The translations under genes were made by a program, and so were the position numbers. Under the pieces are notes generated by a model that was not told the DNA's origin, did not search any database, and worked only from the letters and a program-made list of their open reading frames with translations. A stretch of 64,000 nucleotides of DNA from Candidatus Bathyarchaeota archaeon. GTDB lineage: Archaea; Thermoproteota; Bathyarchaeia; Bathyarchaeales; Bathycorpusculaceae. Position 1 is the first letter of the stretch. The number at the start of each line of letters is the position of its first letter. The stretch is taken from NCBI GenBank assembly GCA_963717465.1, contig OY970340.1, positions 1,024,001 to 1,088,000 of the forward strand, written 5' to 3'. This document shows, piece by piece, positions 45,023-55,710 of the stretch.

Positions 45023-45090
45023 TTTGGGATGATGTGAGGCGACGGCTTCGAGCAATCGCTGTGAGAGCACGTCAAAAATCACTGACCTAA
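45023..45090 (+). ncRNA. Candidate K-turn/C-D-like structured RNA
   Basis: GG-GAT-GATGTGA ... TCACTGA-CC K-turn geometry enclosing a GC-rich hairpin GCGA-CG-GCT-TCG-AGC-AA-TCGC in an AT-rich spacer. Confidence 0.4.
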
Positions 45091-45225
45091 CAAGAATTCT
45101 CCCCTAACATAACCTGAGCGGATATGCCAATTTGATTACGAACAATAGTTTAGTTAACTTGAACATAAAATTCTTAGGTAAAGCAGAAATAACTTTGAGT
45201 CATTTTATTTTTTTGGAGAAAAAGT

Positions 45226-45759
45226 ATGCTTAAGGATTTCAATTTGTTAGCTTCGACTTCAAGGGGAAACGAGCGGCCAATGTGCAACGAACTGCATTAC
45301 TTGCTCAAAGAAATGCTGGGTGATGCCGAAGCTGTGGTAAGCAAAACTGGCGTCCGAGGATTAGTTGCCGCCAAAACAACATTGGATCCAATTCAAGTGA
45401 TAGAAAAATTTCGCCAGTTGCTAAAAGAGCGCCCCTATGAGTTTCGTTTTGCATTACGCATTATTCCTGTTCAACAAGTTTTGCCAACAGACTTAGAAGA
45501 AATTAAGCGCGCAGCAAACGAGCTCGCTAAAAAAATTGGCGAAACAGAATCTTTTAGAGTTACAGTTGAAAAACGGTTCACTTCGCTGCACTCGCAAGAC
45601 CTTATTGCAGCTGTTGCATCAGACATCAAGCAGAAAGTCGATCTGAAAAATCCTGATTGGGTACTGCTAATCGAGGTTCTTGGCGGGTTTACTGGTTTAT
45701 CACTTTTAAGACCGAATGAAATCTTAGCGGTCGTTAAAGAAAAAATGATGCCTGATTAG
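45226..45759 (+). CDS. THUMP domain RNA-binding protein
   Basis: 'ESFRVTVEKR', 'KVDLKNPD..LIEVLG'. Confidence 0.9.
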   Translation: MLKDFNLLASTSRGNERPMCNELHYLLKEMLGDAEAVVSKTGVRGLVAAKTTLDPIQVIEKFRQLLKERPYEFRFALRIIPVQQVLPTDLEEIKRAANELAKKIGETESFRVTVEKRFTSLHSQDLIAAVASDIKQKVDLKNPDWVLLIEVLGGFTGLSLLRPNEILAVVKEKMMPD

Positions 45760-46320
45760 AGCTGAGTTGCCAATAAAGCAACTTGCTCAATGACAAGATT
45801 AACTATTGCCTGCTGCTTGTCATGAGTTGACAAAGTTTCAAGTTGGGCATTCGTAATTTTGAAGGCATCTTGGATTTTGCTTATTTTTTCTTCTGACAAA
45901 TCAAGGACTGTTTCGTCAGGTTCCTTGCGGAATTGATGTGAAATCTCTTTGGTTACTTCTTGAACTGACGCTGGAATTTTCACCAATTATCACCGCTGCC
46001 AGATTCTTCATGTCTTGTTTTATGCCTAAAAGGTGGATGGCTTTCTTAATTTGTCTTTGTGATGAAGCATAAAGTATGGTTTCCATTGCAAGGTTTTTTG
46101 AAAGGTTTGTTTGATTTTTGAATGCTGCCATCGCGTTAAGTACAGCGAAGTACAAGTGTTCATGGGTAGCGATTAGCTGAGCGTTGAAGAACTGGATCAT
46201 GATATCTTGATGAGGTTCAATTCTGCTTAATTTTAAGAAATTTTCAGCTTCATTAAATTTTATGCTTCGGTAGCCTGTAATTTCTACGTATTTTTCATAT
46301 TCTTTAATATATTGAAGCAT
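45756..46320 (-). CDS. cgi121: KEOPS complex subunit Cgi121 (frameshift near 45965)
   Basis: 'QFFNAQLIA..HL..A..NA', 'ETILYASSQRQIKKA..LGI'. Confidence 0.9.
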
Positions 46321-46633
46321 GTTTCGTCTTCCTTGGATGTTTCTAAGGCGATTTTCCTCGATAGATTACGATGCGGTCCCGTGACCTATGCTTGAGTTGG
46401 AATTTTGCGGTTATTCTTTTCACTTTAAGTTATTCATAAAAACCTTATAAAAGCGTGCATGCTCTTTTGGTTTGTTTTTTGAGTTGGTTCTCTTACATTT
46501 ATAAGGAAGTTGTGTTATATTTTTGAGTTTGAAGAGTCGCGTCTTCAGAATGTTTCGCGAATCGTAATATAATTTAAAAAGCACCGAGTAATGTAAAGAA
46601 GATAAAGTAACAGGTGGAGGGTGTAAGGTTCAA

Positions 46634-46975
46634 ATGAAGAAAAATGGAGAAGAGGAGAAGGTCACAAACATTCTTACAGACCCAAATCTCTCAGCAATCA
46701 AGGCAATGCTTGAAAAAGACCATTCAATCGATTGCCTTTTAATGCTTTATATTGATAAAGGAAAATGGAAGGATGCAAAAGATTTCATGCATAAGAACAA
46801 GCTTACGTTAAGCGACGGCACTTTCAGGGCTAGGATGATTGAGATTGAACAGTTAGGTTTAGCTAAGAGTGAACGTATTGATCCATTAAAGAAGTATTAT
46901 TTGAAGACTGAGCTTGGCGAGAAAGTTGCGAAGCTCCTTTTGGGATTCTTTGATGAATTAATTGCTAAGGAATAA
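46634..46975 (+). CDS. Putative winged-helix DNA-binding protein
   Basis: 'LSDGTFRARMIEIEQLGL..YYLKTELGEKV' wHTH-like pattern. Confidence 0.65.
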   Translation: MKKNGEEEKVTNILTDPNLSAIKAMLEKDHSIDCLLMLYIDKGKWKDAKDFMHKNKLTLSDGTFRARMIEIEQLGLAKSERIDPLKKYYLKTELGEKVAKLLLGFFDELIAKE

Positions 46976-47171
46976 CTGTTCTTTTTTTTCTGTATATTCT
47001 TCAGTATTTTATTTTTTGTGTTTAACTATTTTTGTTCCTTTTGATTTTTTTGTGGGTTTTGTGTATTTTTGTTGAACAAGTATGTAGTATTGTATCTTAT
47101 GTCATAATATTTAAATGTCTCTTTCCAACATCTGATTACGTTGAACCCAAAAGGAGGGTTAAAAAAGAGAA

Positions 47172-47601
47172 ATGTATACATTTAGAAAATTTAGAACGAA
47201 TGCAAAAGCACTAAGCCCCGTCAGTCGCAACAATCATACTAATCGCTGTCACAGTCGCAGTCAGCATTGCAGTAGCCGCATGGATGGGCGGACTAACCAC
47301 CAGTTTCATGGGAACAGAACAATTATCACTAGGAACGCCAACTTTCGCAACAGGAACAACAAATGGAACAATCACGATTGTTGTTAAGAATACAGGAACA
47401 ACCGCAGTGACGCTATCATCTGTCTCCGTGAATAATGTGGATGAATCAATTAATGCTGCTGGACTTACTACAATAGGTGCCAACGCGAATTCAACTGTTA
47501 CAATCAGCGGTTTGAGCATTGTTGCTGGAAACAACTACGCAATTAAATTCGTCACAGCCAAGAACAACCCATTCACAACGAGTGCCATAGCTCCGCAATA
47601 A
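47172..47601 (+). CDS. Archaeal type IV pilin-like protein with class III signal peptide (frameshift near 47222)
   Basis: 'RKFRTNAKA|LSPV(V)ATIILIAVTVAVSIAVAAWMGG' followed by a Thr/Asn-rich beta domain. Confidence 0.88.
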
Positions 47602-47702
47602 ATTTCCCTCATTATTGACGTTAAGAAATTCGTGGGGGTAGGGTGATAAAAACACCTTCAGTTTCCCTTTCTCTTGTTTCCTCTTAGAGGTGCAAAAAAA
47701 CG

Positions 47703-48128
47703 ATGGTAGTAGAAATAAAAGAATACAAGTCAGCGGAAGAAATAGCAGAAACTCTGGACAAAGAAATAGCAACGACTAAAAGCACGTTGGGCGAATACCT
47801 GCGGCGACTCGATGAAATTAGGGCGTTAGCAGAAAAGTCAAAGAAAATTCGAGAAGTTGTCCTAAAACTCGCGGGTAAAAAAGTGGCAAGTGAAAGCTTG
47901 GGAGAAATATCAATTGGAACACTAAACGTGATCTTGGATGCTAACCCTTTTCATGAATTAACCGCAATAGAAGCCGTTGTCCGCAGCCATCAAGAACGCC
48001 TATTAGTTCTGCAAAAAGCGCGAGAAGCACTAAAATGGCTTGATCAATTAGGCGATAGTGAAGGTCTCAAGTACTTAGTCGTTGAAACCGAAGGAATTCC
48101 TGAACGCATACTGTTTAAGATGAGCTAA
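47703..48128 (+). CDS. Hypothetical coiled-coil protein
   Basis: Intact 141-aa ORF with GAGGTG SD. Confidence 0.75.
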   Translation: MVVEIKEYKSAEEIAETLDKEIATTKSTLGEYLRRLDEIRALAEKSKKIREVVLKLAGKKVASESLGEISIGTLNVILDANPFHELTAIEAVVRSHQERLLVLQKAREALKWLDQLGDSEGLKYLVVETEGIPERILFKMS

Positions 48129-48173
48129 ACACGCTCAGTGCAACATGGAAATGCAGGAGCAAAGAAAAGTCAA

Positions 48174-49002
48174 ATGTCCCAAATCTATTCAACAGCATTT
48201 AAAAGCACAATTGACGAAATCAAAAAAGTTGTTCCTCAAGTATCAAACACGTTCATTTTTGAAAAGAACTTGGATACCGTCATTAAAGATGATGAAACAA
48301 GTGAAGAATCTATCAAAAATTTAGTTGAATCTTTTAATGTTATTGCTGAAAAAGCTGACTGTTTGGATGAGTTAGAATCATTTACTATTCAAGGAACAAA
48401 TGGTCAGGTAAACATCTCCTGTACAAACAATTTCTATTTTGCGTCAGTATCTTCATATGAAGCTGACGAAAAGACACTTAAAACATTAACATCTGTTTTA
48501 GTTCCAACCGTAATAAGACTTGTCGACCAAATAACCGAAAACTCCATTCTGAAAGATGATACCGAACAAGATGATACCGAACAATTTTCAAACGACACTG
48601 GGGCTAGCGGCACAGTTTTCGAAGATAAAGATGAATCGACTCAGCAATTGCAACAGTCAATGGCACAGCCTATTACGGACACATTAACCTCTGAACCGTT
48701 GCTTCCTAAGCCGCCTGTAAATCAGTTCATGGTTGAAAAAATCAGCGGTTTAATGGTGAGCTCAGATACAGTTCGAATCGACAAGGAAACAATAAGCGGA
48801 TGGAGCAATATCTGCAACGATAAACATATTCCCGTAGTAATTATAGAAGCATTGAATGGGAAAAAGGCTAAGTGCAAATTCAAACCGATTAAAGATTCAA
48901 AATATTTCGGAAAAGGCGTTATTCAAATCCCAGCAAAAATCATGGACATCCTCGAACTTAGTCAAGGGCGAATTAATCATGGTTAAGCCAGTATTAGAAT
49001 AA
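48174..49002 (+). CDS. Hypothetical protein: roadblock-like N-terminal domain, acidic linker, beta-rich C-terminal domain (frameshift near 48967)
   Basis: Long ORF; fold assignment by eye only. Confidence 0.65.
48555..48584 (+). repeat. 15-bp tandem duplication (GATGATACCGAACAA x2; DDTEQ)
   Basis: Seen directly, in the linker of the CDS. Confidence 0.9.
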
Positions 49003-49015
49003 TGGAGGAATCAGA

Positions 49016-49431
49016 TTGGTTAAGAAAAAACGAAGCATACCTGGTTCCCCGACGGCGATGTACTTTGAAGATGACGCCATTGTAACATCAACAGATGACG
49101 AAGTTAAAACATACGCAAGTTTGGTTGAGAGTTCTAAAAGAAATAAGTAACATCGAAGGGCGTCACAGGGTATATTCTGCGAAATCAAACTAACGCGAAC
49201 ATAGCCCTGCAAGAAACTGAAAAAGTAACTCAATATGCCTTGTTAACACTAAAAATATTTGACTCCAACCAAACGATTGCTCAAATATTCGATGTAGGCG
49301 ATGTCGAGAGTACAATTATTGAGGGAAAAAACATCAAAGCACTTTGTATAACTATCGGCGAAAACAAAATCAGTGTATTTATGAGAAAAACTGTTGATCA
49401 TGACCAAATAGCAGATAGAATTTTGCATTAA
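49016..49431 (+). CDS. Roadblock/LC7-like protein (frameshifts near 49130-49200)
   Basis: GGAGG SD then TTG; reconstructed 'EISNIEGVTGYILRN..YALLTLKIFDS..DVGDVESTIIEGKNIKALCITIGENKISVFM'. Confidence 0.6.
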
Positions 49432-49669
49432 ACCGTTTTTACACAAAACATTAGTTGGCTACAAAATATCGGAAATAGCTCATATATCATGCTTTTTGTT
49501 CACCGAAATCAGCTGCACAAAAGCGTTCAGTAAAACTTTAATTAGATCTTTCATGCATTCAAACTAATTTTCTTCGTTACTTTTATCTTCAGAATTGTAC
49601 ATAAATCAAACATTCAAGATAAAGCCTTATATTTTAAATCGAGCCTTCCTTGCTGAGAAGGAATTCAAA

Positions 49670-50743
49670 TTGCACAAGAAACTATTAATTCCTGGACCAA
49701 CCGAAGTCAGCAAAGAAATGCTCAATGAGCAAACTCACTATTTAATCGGTCATAGAGAAAAAGAATTCTCCGATTTATACGGAGGAATAACTGAAAAACT
49801 TGCCCGATTTTTCGAGTTGCCAGCTAATATTAAGCCAACGGTAACTACTTCATCGGGAACACTCTGGTTTGACATAGTTGGAAGAAGCATAGTAAAAGAA
49901 AAAGCATTAGCCTGCGTTAACGGCGCTTTTTCTAAGCGATGCGCTGAAACCCTGAGCGCCTGCGGCAAAAAAACGGATGTCCTCGAAGTTGAATGGGGCA
50001 AAGCAATCAAACCAGAAATGATAGCTGAGAAACTCGATTCTGGAGAGTATGATACATTAACCGTTTGCCATAATGAATCTTCAACTGGCGTCAGAAACCC
50101 AATTCAAGAAATCGGGAAACTCGTTCGCAAAAAGTACCCAAACGTAATCTACGCCATCGATGCAGTTTCCTCTATGGCGGGCGACCGAACACTGCCCACG
50201 GAAATTGGCTGTGACATCATTTTTGCTTCTACACAGAAATGTTTCGCGTTGCCTCCAGGTTTGGCTGTTGCACTTGTTAATGATAAGGCTATTGAAAGAG
50301 CCAATCAAGTACCTAACCGTGGCACCTACACTGACCTGGTTGAAATCTTTGAGTTTGAAAAGAAACATCAAACGCCTTTCACGCCCTGTATTCCGCTGCT
50401 TTACGCTTTGAATAAACGCATGGATCTTTTACTCGAGGAAACATATGAAAAAATTTACAATCGTCATTTAGAAATGGCGCAGTACACGCAGAAGTGGGCA
50501 AACAATCACTTCAAAATGTTCTCTGAAAAAGGCTACGAGTCGTTAACAGTTAGCTGCATCGAAAACACTCAAGGAAAAAACATCAAAGAGCTAAAACAAA
50601 AATTATCCGAAAAAGGCTTCCTAATCTCTGCTGGCTACGGCAAATTAGCTGATAAAACCTTCCGCATTGGGCATATGGGCGAATGGAACCTAACAGGCAT
50701 AAAAGAAGTCATATCCTTAATAGACGAAGTCTGGAGTTTGTGA
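49670..50743 (+). CDS. Class V PLP aminotransferase (serine-pyruvate/phosphoserine type)
   Basis: 'LIPGPTEV', 'HNESSTGV', 'DAVSS', 'STQKCFALPPG', 'FRIGHMG'. Confidence 0.92.
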   Translation: MHKKLLIPGPTEVSKEMLNEQTHYLIGHREKEFSDLYGGITEKLARFFELPANIKPTVTTSSGTLWFDIVGRSIVKEKALACVNGAFSKRCAETLSACGKKTDVLEVEWGKAIKPEMIAEKLDSGEYDTLTVCHNESSTGVRNPIQEIGKLVRKKYPNVIYAIDAVSSMAGDRTLPTEIGCDIIFASTQKCFALPPGLAVALVNDKAIERANQVPNRGTYTDLVEIFEFEKKHQTPFTPCIPLLYALNKRMDLLLEETYEKIYNRHLEMAQYTQKWANNHFKMFSEKGYESLTVSCIENTQGKNIKELKQKLSEKGFLISAGYGKLADKTFRIGHMGEWNLTGIKEVISLIDEVWSL

Positions 50744-50755
50744 GCTGAAATACGA

Positions 50756-52030
50756 TTGGTTGATATCCGACCCTTCAAAGCCATAAGGTACACCAAGAAA
50801 GCCGGCGACCCAGCAAATTTGATTACTCAACCTTACGATAAAATCGATGCTGGCATGCAAAAAAAGTACTATGAAAAATCTCCATACAATTATTGTAGGC
50901 TAATTTTGCCCTTAGAAGAAAACAAGTACGACATAGCCCAACAACGCATTCAACAATGGCTAAAGGAAGGCATACTGGCAAAAGAATCTCAACCAACAAT
51001 TTTCATTTCACGCCAAGAATTTACTTTAAATGGAAAGAATTTCAGTCGCACAGGCTTGATTGCTGCCATGCGTTTGCATCCCTATAATGAGAACATAGTT
51101 TTTCCTCACGAAATCACTTACAAGGCACCGAAAGCTGATAGACTTAACATGATGCGTACGGTTCAGAAAGATTTAGAGCCCGTTTTCCTGATTTATTCTG
51201 ATCCCGAAAACAAAACTGTAAATTTTTTTGTGGAAGTTGCCAAAACAGAACCTATTGTTCAAGTGACTGATTCATTGCAGGTGAAGCATACCGTTTGGAA
51301 GGTAACTAAGCCACAAAAAATAAGCCAACTACAGAGTTATCTTAGTGATAAGGCCATGGTTATTACTGATGGTCACCACCGATATGAAAGTGCCCTTGCT
51401 TACAGAGACGAAATGCGCCAAAAAAGCCAATGGACAGAAGATTCAGCGTTTAACTTTCACATGTGCTACCTAGTTCCGATTCAGGAAAAAGGCCTTTGCG
51501 TTTTACCCACCCACCGGCTTTTAACAGAATTTAAGTTAACAAATGAAATTCTAAAAAGCTTAACGCAATTCTTTGATGTTTCAGAATTAAATCCAACTAT
51601 GAACGCTGTACAAACTTTCTTAGATAACAATATTAAAAATCATGCGTTCTGCGTTTATGATGGTTCAAAAGCCTATGGCTTACTGCTTAAAGATGAGAAA
51701 GCCATCTCCCATCTGCTTGATGCCGACTGCCAAGAAGCATCATTTTTAGACGTGGTCATTTTAAGGGACGTTATTTTTAAAAATGTGCTTAAGCTTGGCG
51801 AGCTAAAACTTGACGAAAACATAATTTATGCTGGGTCTACGAGTGATGCATTTGAAAAAATTGCCAGTGGTGAGGCAAAACTGGCGTTTATTGTTAATCC
51901 GATCACTCCATCAATGGTTTGGAAGATAGCGCAAAAGCACTGTCGCCTACCTGAAAAGTCAACTAATTTTTATCCTAAATTAGTCTCCGGTTTAATAATG
52001 ATGGATATTCCACCAAACGAAAGATTATAG
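50756..52030 (+). CDS. DUF1015 family protein
   Basis: 'IRPFKA', 'PYD', 'PHE.T', 'DGHHRY', 'PTHR', 'KSTNFYPK'. Confidence 0.9.
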   Translation: MVDIRPFKAIRYTKKAGDPANLITQPYDKIDAGMQKKYYEKSPYNYCRLILPLEENKYDIAQQRIQQWLKEGILAKESQPTIFISRQEFTLNGKNFSRTGLIAAMRLHPYNENIVFPHEITYKAPKADRLNMMRTVQKDLEPVFLIYSDPENKTVNFFVEVAKTEPIVQVTDSLQVKHTVWKVTKPQKISQLQSYLSDKAMVITDGHHRYESALAYRDEMRQKSQWTEDSAFNFHMCYLVPIQEKGLCVLPTHRLLTEFKLTNEILKSLTQFFDVSELNPTMNAVQTFLDNNIKNHAFCVYDGSKAYGLLLKDEKAISHLLDADCQEASFLDVVILRDVIFKNVLKLGELKLDENIIYAGSTSDAFEKIASGEAKLAFIVNPITPSMVWKIAQKHCRLPEKSTNFYPKLVSGLIMMDIPPNERL

Positions 52031-52140
52031 GTTTCAAAACTTTTTCTTCGTTCCCATACGTTACTTCCAGTTTCAGGTTATGCACTTGCCCAAAATATGA
52101 TACACAATAGAAAAAGGGGAAAAATGAGATTTTCCGCAGT

Positions 52141-52570
52141 CTATGATATGTTTGCCGAGTACACTTTAGGGTTTACTTTGAAGTGCCATGCGCCAAGTTC
52201 TGTGCTCAGCTGATCAGGACTGTCTGGGATTGTTTGGTTGATGTTCCAGTCTAGCCATCCGTACAGACTTGGCTCTTCACCTGGCAGTTCTGGACGCCAC
52301 CAGCTATGCTCAGGATCAATTACCTTTGGGTTATGGCCAAAATCGTATCGTACTGTCTGTCTGCATTTGCCCGCCGGCGTCTCAATCCAAACCCATTCGC
52401 CATCTCCAATGCCCATGTTACGCGCTGTCAAAGGATGCATCTTCACACGCGGAACAGGAAGCAAATGCCGCATCAAACTGATGCGTCGCAGTTCTACATG
52501 GTGTGCTTCTTGGAATCTAGCGCCACTAGTCATGATTAAGGGGGTATTCCTTGGCTACGTCAGGCGCGCT
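52141..52570 (-). pseudogene. Molybdopterin oxidoreductase C-terminal remnant (dinucleotide-binding domain only)
   Basis: 'PDVAKEYPLIMTSGAR..HP.TA..GI.DGEWVWIETPAG..WW..NIN'; similarity stops abruptly at AT-rich sequence near 52570. Confidence 0.75.
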
Positions 52571-52815
52571 TTATTGTTTTTTTTTTTTGAATATTATTTA
52601 AAAATATCAATTAGCGCGGTTTTTTGCTATTTTTGTTTCATTGCCCACTTGAGAACTATGAAAGATTTTAAGGAATCAGGAACAGATCTAAGCATTTTTG
52701 TGATGCTTGGTTTTATTGATGATCTTGGAGGAATTGAGCTTTGTTCCTAAGTATTTCTTGAAAAAGTAATAGCCAAGCGTCATAGAGATAGACCAGAAGT
52801 GGCAGGTAGAGAGTG

Positions 52816-52837
52816 ATTTGAATCCGGGATTTCAAAT
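52816..52837. promoter_or_regulatory. Inverted repeat upstream of clpB, possible operator
   Basis: ATTTGAA-N8-TTCAAAT about 70 bp before the clpB ATG. Confidence 0.35.
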
Positions 52838-52909
52838 AGAGTTATTATTCGTAAAACCTTCTTTTTTCTTGAATAAAATTCAAATAGCAGGCGGGAAAAG
52901 AAGAATTAA

Positions 52910-55512
52910 ATGAGCTTTAACAATTTTACTTTTAAGTCTCAAGAAGCAATTCAGAAAGCCTTGGAAATAGCTTCTTCAAAGCAAAATCAGGCGATTGAAC
53001 CTGTCCACTTACTAAAGGCAATGTTGATTGTTGATGAAAATGCGATTCCTTACCTGCTAAAGAAACTTGGAGTGAATATTGAAGTTCTTTCCAGCTCACT
53101 CGATAGGCTAATTGATTCATTACCTGCAGTCAGCGGTGGAAACCAATATTTATCTGCTAACTCAAACAAAGCCTTCAAAAAGCTCAGGAGTTAGCTTCCG
53201 AAAGCCAAGACAAATTTGTCTCTATTGAACAGTTGCTTTTAGCAATCTTATCCTTGAACGATCCAGCTTCCCGGTTACTTCAAAGTAATGGAGTTGTCAG
53301 AAAAGGGACTTAAAGAAGCAATAAAGCAATTAAGAAAGGGATCAACTGTGAATGACCAAACTACAGATGAAACCTATAACGCCCTAAACAGATTTGCAAC
53401 AAATCTTAATAACTTGGCAAGAACAGGAAAACTTGATCCAGTCATCGGCCGAGACGAAGAAATCCGCCGAGTCTTACAAATCCTTTCCAGAAGAACAAAG
53501 AACAATCCCATTCTCATCGGTGAACCAGGCGTTGGTAAAACTGCAATCGCAGAAGGGCTTGCTCACCGAATAGTGAATGGTGATGTTCCTGAAAATCTCA
53601 AGTCAAAACAGATTTATTCACTGGATATGGGTGCCTTGATTGCTGGGTGCAAAATTTAAGGGAGAATTCGAGGAGCGCCTAAAAAGCGTCGTAAAAGAAG
53701 TCGTGTCCTCAGAAGGGGAAATAGTGCTTTTTATCGATGAGATTCATACGCTTGTTGGCGCTGGTGCTAGCGAAGGAGCCATGGATGCAGCCAACATCCT
53801 CAAACCAGCCTTGGCCAGAGGAGAGTTGCGTGCAATCGGCGCCACTACGCTTAAAGAATATCAAAAATACTTTGAAAAAGACAAAGCATTGGAAAGACGC
53901 TTCCAACCCGTCATGGTTAATGAACCAGATACATTAGATGCAATCTCTATCCTGCGAGGCTTAAAGGAACGCTATGAAGTATTTCATCATGTTAGAATCA
54001 AGGATGAAGCAATAATTGCTGCTGTTGAACTATCGCAAAGATACATTACTGATCGGTTTCTTCCCAGACAAAGCAATCGACCTAATCGATGAAGCAGCAT
54101 CAAAACTAAGATTGGAAATCAACTCAGAGCCTGAGGAACTGGAAGCCATAGAACGAAAGATACGGCAACTGGAAATTGAACGTGAAGCCATAAAACGAGA
54201 AAAAGATGAAACGAAAATAAAATCCTTGAATCAGGAAATCGCAAATCTCAGCGAAGAAAGAAACAAGTTAAAAGCAAAATGGCAAGCAGAAAAAGATATC
54301 GTTGACCAAATCCAAAATAAAAAGAATGAAATCGAACAGTTAAAGTTTGAAGATGAAGAGGCAAACCGCAAGGGAGATCTTGGGAAAATTGCTGAAATAA
54401 GATATGGCAAAATCCCAGAAGCCACAAAAGCCATTGAAAACCTAAAACAGAAACTCTCTGAATTGCAAAAAGGCTCTCCCCTAATCAACGAAGAAGTTGA
54501 TGCTGAAGAGATCGCTGAAGTAGTTTCCCATTGGACAGGTATACCTGTTAGTCGAATGCTGCAAAGTGAGAAAGAAAAACTTGCTAAACATTGAGACAGA
54601 GCTTCATATGCGAGTTGTCGGGCAGGATGAAGCAGTCCAAGCGGTCTCCGATGCGATTACGGCGAAGCCGTGCAGGTTTGCAGGATCCAAAGCGACCTAT
54701 TGGGTCCTTTATCTTTTTAGGCACTACAGGTGTTGGAAAAACGGAACTGGCAAAAGCACTCGCTGAATTTCTGTTCAATAATGAAAACAACATGATTAGA
54801 ATTGACATGTCGGAATATCAGGAGAGGCATACTGTATCAAGACTGGTAGGTGCGCCTCCTGGATACGTTGGCTATGAGGAAAGCGGGCAACTGACAGAGG
54901 CTGTAAGAAGAAAACCTTATTCTGTCGTTCTTCTTGATGAAATTGAAAAAGCGCATCCTGATGTTTTCAATATACTGCTTCAAGTCTTAGATGACGGTAG
55001 ACTGACAGACAATAAAGGCCGAACAGTGGATTTCAAGAACACAATTATAATCATGACCTCGAACATCGGCTCACATATCATCCAAGAAAACTTGGAAAAA
55101 ATAAACGCAAACAACAGAGAAGAAATCTGGAACCAGACAAAAGAAGCAAGTCTTCAACTTGCTAAAGAAAACCATTAAGCCTGAATTCCTCAACCGAATT
55201 GACGAAATAATCATGTTCCAATCCCTAACCGAAGAAGCAAGTTAGGAAAATAGTGGAAAATCAACTCAAAAACGTCCAGAAGATGCTTGAAAAAAACAGC
55301 AGCATTAAAATAAACTTCACAAAAAAAGCCATAGATTACATTGCCAAGTTAGGCTTTGACCCCCAATTCGGGGCAAGACCAATAAAACGAGTAATTCAAA
55401 AAAATGTTCTCAACGAACTATCAAAAATACTCTGCAAGAAAAAGTTGACAAAAACTTAGTAATAATAGTCGACGAAAAGAATGGCGAATTCGTATTCAAA
55501 AATAAACAATAA
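52910..55512 (+). CDS. clpB: ClpB disaggregase (multiple frameshifts)
   Basis: '[13 protein letters not shown]', 'GEPGVGKT', 'FIDEIH', M-domain, 'GTTGVGKTE', 'GAPPGYVGY', 'FGARP'. Confidence 0.95.
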
Positions 55513-55710
55513 GCCTCTTTTACTTCACTCTTGAAGGCTTCCAAATAATTAAATTTCTTTTGACTTTCAGTTTCTAATCTTGTACGAAACCCTCGAATGT
55601 GACAGCTTTTTTAGGTTCGTTGTTTCTTTACGAAAGGCTTTCTGCGTAGGCTTAATATTCAAGTTTATTATCGCTTAAGGTTTGAAAAAGGGTCAGAACA
55701 ATTAGTCCCT

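Noticed and set aside
52238..52750. 170-aa plus-strand ORF and the many other antisense ORFs
   Set aside because: Shadows of real opposite-strand genes.
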